In this document: in pieces, positions 56,326-64,000 of the stretch | How positions within the stretch are numbered: position 1 is the first letter of the stretch | How the letters are laid out: the number at the start of each line of letters is the position of its first letter | Assembly: GCA_963728205.1 (NCBI GenBank) | Contig: CAVSIV010000001.1 | Span: 224,001-288,000, forward strand | DNA: 64,000 bases | Direction of reading: 5' to 3' | Source: an uncultured Chloroflexia bacterium | Lineage (GTDB): Bacteria; Chloroflexota; Dehalococcoidia; UBA2979 | Program-made: the position numbers and the translations under genes | Notes under the pieces: generated by a model | What the model was told of the DNA's origin: nothing | The model's database searches: none | Seen by the model: only the letters and a program-made list of their open reading frames with translations

Positions 56326-56940
56326 TTGGGCGACGCGACCGCGATCCCGGCTCATCCGCTGGTCATCGTGCTGTCCGGCCCCTCGGGGGTCGGCAAGGAC
56401 GCGCTCATCGAACGCATGCAGGCGCGCGGCCTGCCGATCGCGCGCGCGGTCACCCTGACCTCGCGCGCCGCGCGCCCGACCGAGGTCGATGGCGTCGATT
56501 ACTTCTTCGTCTCGCGCGAGGAGTTCGAGCGGCGCATCGCCGCGGGCGACCTGATCGAGCACGCCGAGGTCTACGGCGACCTCAAGGGTCTGCCCCGCGA
56601 CCAGGTGCGGCGCGCGCTCGCGAGCGGCAGGCACGTCGTGATCCGCGTCGACGTCCAGGGGGCAGCGACGCTGCGCGGGCTCTTGCCCGGCGCGCTGTTC
56701 ATCTTCCTCGCGCCGGAGAGCGTCGATGCGCTCGAGGCGCACCTGCGCGGTCGGAAGACCGAGGATGAGGCGGCGCTGCAGCGCCGCCTCGCGATCGCGC
56801 GCGAGGAGATCGCGCAGGCGGACCGCTTCGATCACACGGTGCGCAACGTCGAAGGCGACCTCGACGCGACCGTCGACGCGGTGTGGGCGATCATCGAGCG
56901 CGAGGCCGCACGAACGGACCGCGCGCCGGTCGAGGTGTAG
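56326..56940 (+). CDS. gmk: Guanylate kinase
   Basis: LSGPSGVGKD, RPTEVDGVDYFF, EHAEVYG, DVQGA. Confidence 0.95.
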   Translation: MGDATAIPAHPLVIVLSGPSGVGKDALIERMQARGLPIARAVTLTSRAARPTEVDGVDYFFVSREEFERRIAAGDLIEHAEVYGDLKGLPRDQVRRALASGRHVVIRVDVQGAATLRGLLPGALFIFLAPESVDALEAHLRGRKTEDEAALQRRLAIAREEIAQADRFDHTVRNVEGDLDATVDAVWAIIEREAARTDRAPVEV

Positions 56941-57173
56941 CGCCGCAGTGCCGCCGCGGAACGTCGCACGCGTCGAGCGGCGCGTGCTTCGAACGTCGCG
57001 CGCTTCGAGCGGCATCCGGTGAGGATGCTGAGCTCCTGTGCCGCCAGGTCGCGCTGGGCTCCGGATCGCCTCAGCGCCTTGACCAGGCGCCGCTCGAAGC
57101 GGGCGATGCGGACGCGCGGGCGCGCGACTCAGCGCCTCCGCCGGGCGCCGCCCGCTTTGAGCGGCGCCGGGGG

Positions 57174-58040
57174 CTACCCGCCGAGGCGATCCGGGCGCAG
57201 CCGCGCCAGCGAGGCGCGCACCTCGTCGAGGTCCCGCCGGTTGGTGATCCCCGCCCACGTCGCAGGCGTGCGGGTAACGCGCACCGTGAGCGCGCCGTCG
57301 TGCATCAGCCCGCCGATCTCCGTCGGTAGCAGGCACTCCGCCGACGGGTCGTCGCGGTGCGCGGCGAGGAAGGCATCGAAGCGCGGTCGGAGCGCGTCGA
57401 AGATCGACGCGTCGAAGCCCCAGAGGTTCATCGACACCGGCGTCGCCGGGTCGAGCGGAGGGCCGCCGGGCGCGGCGATGGCGCCGTCCGGGCGCCGCGC
57501 GACGCCGTGCGTCTCGGTCAGCGCCGCGAGCACGCCGTCGCGCACGTCGCACACGCCGCGCGACACCGCGCCCTCGGGCGGCACGGTGTGCCCGAGCTCG
57601 AAGGCGACGAGCACCGCGGTTCGGGCGTCGACGGCGTCCAGGGCGCCGACCGCGGCGCCGATCGCCGCGCCGTAGTAGTCGTCCGCGTTGGCGAGCACGA
57701 ACGGGCCGTCGACGGCGGCCGCGGCAGCGAGGACGGCATGCGTCGTGCCCCACGGCTTCGCGCGCGGCGGCGGCAGCTCGTCCTGGTTCACGAGCGTGAG
57801 CGCAGGTGCATCGCGGCGGCCGGCGAGCAACGCCTCGACGTGCCCGCGGACGGCGTCGTGGATCTCGCGGCGCACGATCAGCACGACGTGCCCGACGCCG
57901 GCCGTCACCGCGTCGTGGATCGTGTAGTCGACGATCGCCTCGCCGTGCGGGCCCACGGCTTCGAGCTGCTTGAGGCCGCCGAAGCGCGAGCCGAGGCCGG
58001 CCGCCATCACCACGAGCGCGCGCCGGGCCGCGAACGTCAT
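57174..58040 (-). CDS. Nucleotidyltransferase (NDP-sugar synthase-like)
   Basis: MAAGLGSRFGGLKQ, KPWGT, NADDYYG, SRGVC, SMNLWGF. Confidence 0.9.
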   Translation of the reverse strand: MTFAARRALVVMAAGLGSRFGGLKQLEAVGPHGEAIVDYTIHDAVTAGVGHVVLIVRREIHDAVRGHVEALLAGRRDAPALTLVNQDELPPPRAKPWGTTHAVLAAAAAVDGPFVLANADDYYGAAIGAAVGALDAVDARTAVLVAFELGHTVPPEGAVSRGVCDVRDGVLAALTETHGVARRPDGAIAAPGGPPLDPATPVSMNLWGFDASIFDALRPRFDAFLAAHRDDPSAECLLPTEIGGLMHDGALTVRVTRTPATWAGITNRRDLDEVRASLARLRPDRLGG

Positions 58041-58167
58041 GCGCTGAGGTTCGCGGCCGTGCGCGCTAGCCGCCACCGCCGCGGCCCTCTGTTCGAGCGG
58101 CAGCCGGGTGGGTGCCGATCCCGCTCGCCCCTGGCTAGGATGCGAGCACCACGACGGGAGCCGCCGC

Positions 58168-58806
58168 ATGACGGGCGAGCCAGCACGCCACAGCGCCGTC
58201 GCGATCACGCGCGCCTACGCCGGCGACGCCGCCGCCTACGCGGCGTTCAATGCCGACCGCTCGTTCGCCGAGCCGCTGCTCGACCTGCTCGCGGCCGCGC
58301 TCCCGCCGGGCGGCGCCGTCGTGGATCTCGGCTGCGGCCCCGGCTGGGAGACCGCCGCGCTCGCGCGCCGCGGCCTGCGCGCGCTCGGCCTCGACCTCAC
58401 GCGCGACTTCGTCGCCTTCGCCGCGCGCGAGCACCCCGCCGCCGGCTGCGTGCAGGGCGACTTCCTCGCCCTGCCGTTCGCGGACGGCGCGCTCGACGGT
58501 GCGTGGGCATGCTCCTCGCTCGTCCACCTGCCGAGCGCGCGCGTCGACGACGCCCTCGCCGAGATCCGCCGCGTGCTGCGACCCGGGGGCGCGTTCTTCG
58601 CGTCGATGCAGGCCGGCGCCACGGAGGGCGAGATCCCCAGCGTGAGCTTCCCCGGCAAGCGCTACCACTACGCGTTCTACGACCCGGCGGACTGGCGGGC
58701 GCGCCTCGAGCGCGCCGGCTTCGCGGTGCTCTCGTGGAACGAGCACCCGGGGACGACGAACCCGGGGGCGACCGGCTGGATCGAGTCGCTCGTCCGCCGG
58801 ACCTGA
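58168..58806 (+). CDS. Class I SAM-dependent methyltransferase
   Basis: VDLGCGPG, GDFLALPF, EIRRVLRPGG. Confidence 0.9.
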   Translation: MTGEPARHSAVAITRAYAGDAAAYAAFNADRSFAEPLLDLLAAALPPGGAVVDLGCGPGWETAALARRGLRALGLDLTRDFVAFAAREHPAAGCVQGDFLALPFADGALDGAWACSSLVHLPSARVDDALAEIRRVLRPGGAFFASMQAGATEGEIPSVSFPGKRYHYAFYDPADWRARLERAGFAVLSWNEHPGTTNPGATGWIESLVRRT

Positions 58807-58895
58807 GCGGGGCGCGCGGGGTGCGCGCGCCCGGTATGCTGCGTCGACGCGGCCGCGGGCGGCCGCGAGCGCGCGTCCGAACCCGCGGAGTGACG

Positions 58896-59588
58896 ATGGA
58901 CTCTCTCGACGTGATCCGCGCCCGTCTCGGCAAGATGACGGAGCGCATCCTCTTCCGCCTCGCCGACCGCGCGGGCTTCCCGCTCAACGCCGCGGTCTAC
59001 GAGCCGGGCGCCGTGCCGATCGTCGGCCGCGCCGGCGTCTCGTTCATGGAATTCGCCGTCGAGGGCCTCGAGGCCTATCACGCATCGCTCGGCCGCTACG
59101 AGTACCCCGACCAGCACGCGCTGACGCGCGCCGCGCGCCCGAACTCCGCCGCGCGTCGCGAGATCGGCGTGCCGGCGCTGCCGCACGTCGACATCGACCT
59201 CAAGGACCGCCTCTTCCGCTTCTACCGGGACGACGTCCTGCCGCGCCTGTGTGCGCCGGAGGCCGACCCGAACACCTACGGCGAGACGGCCTACCTGGAC
59301 GCGGACGTACTCGAGTTGATCCACGAGCGGATCAACCTGGGCCGCTACGTGGCACGCGCGAAGTTCGAGACGACGCCGCAGATGCGCGACCCGTCCCTCT
59401 CCGCCGAGCTGTTGATTGCGCTGTTGCGCGACCCGGCGCAGGAGGAGCGCATCCTCGCCGGCGTGCGGCGCGACGCGCAGCGCTACGGCGTCGACGTTGC
59501 GGTCGCCGAGCGCGTGTTCCGGTGGATCATCGAGCAGACGATCGACGTCGAGGTGGCGTACCTGCGTGCGCTGCCGTCGCTGACGTAG
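58896..59588 (+). CDS. Monofunctional chorismate mutase, eukaryote-type (Aro7/AroQ-beta)
   Basis: Colinear with yeast Aro7 as recalled: LDVIRARL, ILFRLADRAGF, VYEPG, SFMEF, HASLGRYEYPD, NTYGETA, ERINLGRYVARAKF, QEERIL, YGVD, TIDVEVAYL. Confidence 0.85.
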   Translation: MDSLDVIRARLGKMTERILFRLADRAGFPLNAAVYEPGAVPIVGRAGVSFMEFAVEGLEAYHASLGRYEYPDQHALTRAARPNSAARREIGVPALPHVDIDLKDRLFRFYRDDVLPRLCAPEADPNTYGETAYLDADVLELIHERINLGRYVARAKFETTPQMRDPSLSAELLIALLRDPAQEERILAGVRRDAQRYGVDVAVAERVFRWIIEQTIDVEVAYLRALPSLT

Positions 59589-59605
59589 CGCGACACCCGT
59601 TTCCG

Positions 59606-59635
59606 TTGACATAGGATCCCGCCCCCCCGTACCGT
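59606..59635 (+). promoter_or_regulatory. Sigma70-type promoter of the trp leader
   Basis: TTGACA-N18-TACCGT upstream of the T-box. Confidence 0.6.
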
Positions 59636-59664
59636 CGGTGCTCATACTTTCGGCGTAGATGACT

Positions 59665-59953
59665 GACGTCGAACGGGAGTAGTACGCCGCCACGCGGGGC
59701 CCAGAGAGCCGGGGATTGGTGGAAACCCGGCGCCCGACGAGCAGCGGCCGAATGGACCCGGGAGTCTCGACCCGAACCGGCGCCCCGCGGGGCCCGCAGT
59801 AGGCGTCGACGGTGCGGGCGCCGTTATCCAGGCCCAGGACATCGCCCCCGGCAACGGGAGGCCGTGTCCCGCATGAGTCCCCCCGGCGACGGGCGGGAAG
59901 AGTGGGTGGCACCGCGAGGACCATCGCCCCACGGGCGATGGTCCTTTTGTTTT
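59665..59953 (+). ncRNA. T-box riboswitch with tryptophan specifier and intrinsic terminator
   Basis: AGTA, AGAGA box, GGTGGAA, specifier GAA-TGG-A (59753-59755), AGTAGG, CCGTTA, T-box GGGTGGCACCGCG, terminator GGACCATCGCCC/GGGCGATGGTCC-TTTTGTTTT. Confidence 0.93.
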
Positions 59954-59988
59954 GGGTGTGAGCAGACAGCGACCAGAGGAGAGCGGAG

Positions 59989-60117
59989 ATGTCGAACTTC
60001 AGCGCGCAGCATGGCCGGGCGGACCGCATCGAGCGGGGCCGCTGGTGGCGGCGCGCGCTTCGCGGCTCCCCCACCGCTGCCGGCGACCGCGGACGCGGGG
60101 CGTGCCGTGCTCGGTGA
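59989..60117 (+). CDS. Putative Trp-Trp leader peptide (42 aa) overlapping the trpE start
   Basis: AGGAG 7 nt before the ATG; MSNFSAQHGRADRIERGRWWRRALRGSPTAAGDRGRGACRAR*; tandem TGG at 60043-60048. Confidence 0.55.
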   Translation: MSNFSAQHGRADRIERGRWWRRALRGSPTAAGDRGRGACRAR

Positions 60118-61582
60118 GTACACGCCGTCGCTTGCCGAGGTGCGGCACCTCGCGGGGCGCGGCAACGTCGTGCCCGTCTACCGCGAGGTCCGCGCCGACC
60201 TCGAGACCCCCGTCTCCGCCTTCCTCAAGGTCGCGCGCGGGCCGTATTCGTACCTGCTCGAGTCCGTCGAGGGCGGCGAGCGCATGGGGCGCTACTCGTT
60301 CATCGGCACCGAGCCCTACCGGGTGCTGGACGCGCAGCACGCCGACGGCGACCCGCTGATCGAGGTCGAGCGCGAGCTCGCGCGCTTCCAGCCCGTACCG
60401 GTCGCGGGCCTGCCGCGGTTCCACGGCGGCGCGGTCGGCTACCTCGGCTACGAGGTCGTCACGCACTTCGAGCCGCGCGTCCCCATCGGCGGACCGGACG
60501 TGCTCGGCATCCCCGAGTCGTGGCTGATGTTCACCGACACGCTGCTCGTCTTCGACCACCTGCAACACACCATCAAGGCCGTCGCGCACGTGCGGCTCGA
60601 CGGCGACGTCGACGCCTCGTACGAGCAGGCACGCTGGAAGATCGACCAGCTGATCGAGCGGCTCGAGGCGCCGCTCGGCGCGCTCCCCTACGTGCCGTTC
60701 AGCGGCCGCGGCGGCCAGGAGGTGCGCTCGAACTGGGAGCGCGACGACTTCCTGCGGGCGGTCGCGCGCACGAAGGAGCACATCGTCGCCGGCGACATCA
60801 TCCAGGCGGTGATCTCGCAGCGCTTCACCCGCGAGACGGGCGCGCACCCGTTCGAGGTCTACCGCAGCCTCCGCGCGATCAACCCGTCGCCGTACATGTA
60901 CTACCTGCAGTTCGGCGAGACGACGATCGTCGGGGCGTCGCCGGAGCTGCTCGTGAACGTCGAGGACGGCGTCGTGGAGGTGCACCCGATCGCCGGCACG
61001 CGGCCGCGCGGGGAGACGCCGCTCGACGACGAGCGCCTCGCGGAGGAGCTGCGCAACGACCCGAAGGAGATCGCCGAGCACGTGATGCTGCTCGACCTCG
61101 GCCGCAACGACGTGGGCCGCGTGGCGGAGCCGGGCAGCGTGCAGGTCACGCAGCGGCTCGACCTCGAGTTCTACTCGCACGTCATGCACATCGTCAGCCA
61201 CGTGAAGGGGAAGCTGCGCGCGGGGATGTCGCCGTACGACGCGCTGCGCGCCGGGTACCCGGCCGGCACCGTGAGCGGCGCGCCGAAGATCCGCGCGATG
61301 GAGATCATCGCGGAGCTCGAGCCCGACCAGCGCGGCCCGTACGCGGGCGCGGTCGGCTTCTTCGACCTCTCCGGCAACATCGAGACCTGCATCACCATCC
61401 GCACCCTCGTGATGCAGGGCGGCCTCGCGCACGTGCAGGCCGGCGCCGGGATCGTCTACGACTCCGATCCCGTGAAGGAGTACGAGGAGTGCCAGCACAA
61501 GGCGCGCGCGCTGCTGGCGGCCATCGACGACGCCGAGCGCGGCGAGGGCGGCGGCGCGCCGTCCGGCAGCCTGGGCTACTGA
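60107..61582 (+). CDS. trpE: Anthranilate synthase component I
   Basis: DLETPVS, LLESVEGG (Trp feedback motif), GRYSF, NPSPYM, ASPE, PIAGT, EHVMLLDLGRND, GTVSGAPK; alternative start ATG 60011. Confidence 0.96.
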   Translation: MLGEYTPSLAEVRHLAGRGNVVPVYREVRADLETPVSAFLKVARGPYSYLLESVEGGERMGRYSFIGTEPYRVLDAQHADGDPLIEVERELARFQPVPVAGLPRFHGGAVGYLGYEVVTHFEPRVPIGGPDVLGIPESWLMFTDTLLVFDHLQHTIKAVAHVRLDGDVDASYEQARWKIDQLIERLEAPLGALPYVPFSGRGGQEVRSNWERDDFLRAVARTKEHIVAGDIIQAVISQRFTRETGAHPFEVYRSLRAINPSPYMYYLQFGETTIVGASPELLVNVEDGVVEVHPIAGTRPRGETPLDDERLAEELRNDPKEIAEHVMLLDLGRNDVGRVAEPGSVQVTQRLDLEFYSHVMHIVSHVKGKLRAGMSPYDALRAGYPAGTVSGAPKIRAMEIIAELEPDQRGPYAGAVGFFDLSGNIETCITIRTLVMQGGLAHVQAGAGIVYDSDPVKEYEECQHKARALLAAIDDAERGEGGGAPSGSLGY

Positions 61583-61593
61583 GGAGACGCGCG

Positions 61594-62535
61594 ATGCCCG
61601 AACCCGGCAAGCCCGATCTCGCCTCCGCCGTCGTGATGATGCGCGACGACGACGCCGTGCTTCTCGTGCGGCACCCGCAGCGCGCCGGTGAGGACGTCGG
61701 TCCGTTCGACGGGCGATGGTCGCTGCCGATGGCCGCCGTCGTCGGCATGGAGTCGGCCGAGGACGCCGTCGCGCGCGTGATGCGCGACCAGCTCCACGTC
61801 GCGCCCGGACCGCTCGAGTTCAACGACACGATCTACATGGTCGGCGGCGACGGCTCGCGCTTCGTCGTGAACGCGTTCCTCGCGGTCGGCTGGGAAGGCG
61901 ACCCGCGCTTCAGCGGGCGCGACTACGCCGACGCCGCGTGGGTCGAGCCCGGCGGCGCCCTCGACCTCGACGGCGAGCTCGCCGACGGCATCGCCGAGTG
62001 GCTCGCGCGCGTCTTCGAGCGCGACGCCACCGCGCTCACGCCCGACGCGCTGCTCGCCGCGCTCGACGCCGCGCGCGCCGAGCTCGTCGCGGCGTTCGAC
62101 GCGATCCCGCAGCGCTACCGCGACGAGCCGCTCGAGGGCGACTGGTCGCCGCTCGACGTGATCGCGCACGCGGCGGACGCGGAGGCGTACTACGCCGCGG
62201 AGACGCGGCGCATCCTCACCGTCCCCGGCCACGCGTGGCAGGGCTTCAACGACGCACAGTGGAGCGAGTCGCGCGCGCTGCGCCGCGCGACCGGCGAGCG
62301 CGACGGCGAGGACGCCGTCCGCGCGCGGCTGGCGCGGGCGCGCGCGAACCTGCGCGGGTGGCTGCGCACGCTCACGCCCGTCGACCTCGACGCCTACGGC
62401 AACCACCCGGAGCGCGGCGTCGTGCAGGTCGGCGACCGCATCGACAAGATTGCGCGGCACGACCGCGAGCACGCCGAGCAGCTCAGGGGGATGGCGCGTG
62501 CCGCCCGCGTGCAGGCCGCGGCTCAGGAGACATAA
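61594..62535 (+). CDS. Fusion of a degenerate NUDIX domain and a DinB-like domain
   Basis: GAGGAG RBS; VLLVRH...[23 protein letters not shown]; WSPLDVIAH...GNHPERG...[10 protein letters not shown]. Confidence 0.8.
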   Translation: MPEPGKPDLASAVVMMRDDDAVLLVRHPQRAGEDVGPFDGRWSLPMAAVVGMESAEDAVARVMRDQLHVAPGPLEFNDTIYMVGGDGSRFVVNAFLAVGWEGDPRFSGRDYADAAWVEPGGALDLDGELADGIAEWLARVFERDATALTPDALLAALDAARAELVAAFDAIPQRYRDEPLEGDWSPLDVIAHAADAEAYYAAETRRILTVPGHAWQGFNDAQWSESRALRRATGERDGEDAVRARLARARANLRGWLRTLTPVDLDAYGNHPERGVVQVGDRIDKIARHDREHAEQLRGMARAARVQAAAQET

Positions 62536-63130
<595 letters not shown>

Positions 63131-63229
63131 GCCGCCGGTCGAACCATGTTGCCGCCGGCGAACGGCTCCGCGTGAGCGGGGTGAGCCGCCGCCACCGCCC
63201 CGTGCCCTCCCGGACGTAAGGAGCGCCCC

Positions 63230-64000
63230 ATGATCAAGGAAGCCATCGCCGCCATCGCCGAGGAGCGCCGCGACCTCAGCGAGGGCGAGGCCGCCGAGGT
63301 GATGCACGAGATCATGCGCGCCGGTCGCGAGCGCACCGACGAAGACGAGGTGCGCGCGACCGAGGCGCAGTTCGGCGCCTTCGTCACCGCCCTCGCCATG
63401 AAGGGGGAGACCGTCGACGAGATCACCGGGATGGCGCGCATCATGCGCGCCTACGCGCTGCATGTGGACGTGCCCGACCGGCCGCTGCTCGACACCTGCG
63501 GCACGGGCGGCTCGCGCCTCAAGAAGTTCAACGCGTCGACCGCGGCGGCCTTCGTCGCGGCCGCGGCCGGTGCGAAGGTGGCGAAGCACGGCAACCGGGC
63601 GGCGACCTCGCAGTCCGGGTCGGCCGACCTGCTGGAGGCGCTCGGTGCGACGGTCGCGCTGGCGCCCGACCAGGTCGCGGAGTGCATCGCCCGCACGGGC
63701 GTGGGCTTCATGTTCGCGCCGGCGATGCACCCCGCGATGAAGTTCGCGGGACCGCTGCGGCCGCAACTCGGCATCCGCACCGTCTTCAACATCCTCGGCC
63801 CGCTCACGAACCCGGCGAACGCGAACTGCCACGTGCTCGGCGTGCCGAACCGGGAGCTCGCGGAGAAGCTCGCGCACGTGATGGCGCGGCTCGGCATGCG
63901 CCACGCGCTCGTCGTGTCGGGCTCGGACGGACTCGACGACATCACGGTCACCGGCCCGACGCACGTCTTCGAGATCAAGGCGAACGGCGTGACGCCGTGG
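63230..64000 (+). CDS. trpD: Anthranilate phosphoribosyltransferase (3' truncated by the window)
   Basis: AAGGAG RBS; MKGETVDEI, DTCGTGG, FNAST, AKHGNRAATSQSGSADLLE, RTVFNILGPLTNP. Confidence 0.96.
   Translation, partial: MIKEAIAAIAEERRDLSEGEAAEVMHEIMRAGRERTDEDEVRATEAQFGAFVTALAMKGETVDEITGMARIMRAYALHVDVPDRPLLDTCGTGGSRLKKFNASTAAAFVAAAAGAKVAKHGNRAATSQSGSADLLEALGATVALAPDQVAECIARTGVGFMFAPAMHPAMKFAGPLRPQLGIRTVFNILGPLTNPANANCHVLGVPNRELAEKLAHVMARLGMRHALVVSGSDGLDDITVTGPTHVFEIKANGVTPW

Overview
A very GC-rich bacterial chromosomal segment. It is probably from Chloroflexota, Dehalococcoidia/Tepidiforma-like; this is inferred from remA-gmk, a T-box, Tat-exported family-5 binding lipoproteins, an LLM-F420 enzyme and DUF6391. 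From left to right it holds: a KimA-like APC permease with a divergent OmpR/HAMP two-component system; tatA; a ClC-4xCBS-RCK_C transporter; a ModE-like regulator; two peptide/nickel-type ABC units lacking ATPases; an accessory patchwork (DUF2207/LemA, cupin, topoisomerase IB, tRNA-Arg(UCU), VIT1, ABC1 kinase, flavin-dependent halogenase, hydrolases); sir-cysH-cysD-cysN; phoB-phoR-phoU; a CoA-transferase; SRAP; a degenerate HD-GYP protein; and an aromatic amino-acid region (tyrA, aroA, chorismate mutase, trpE-X-trpG-trpD). The most notable signals are these. (1) The trp operon appears to have stacked controls, a Trp T-box riboswitch followed by a Trp-Trp leader ORF that overlaps the trpE start. 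(2) A eukaryote-type (Aro7/AroQ-beta) chorismate mutase lies just upstream of that operon. (3) A degenerate NUDIX-DinB fusion sits inside the trp operon. (4) Six REPIN-like paired-hairpin elements are dispersed between 26.5 and 49.5 kb. (5) A 29-bp tandem repeat creates a relay of overlapping mini-ORFs between a response regulator and its kinase. (6) Three frameshifts are each repaired by changing GATTC to GATC. No CRISPR array, transposase, integrase or rRNA was seen. All family assignments come from motif recognition by eye, not from database searches.
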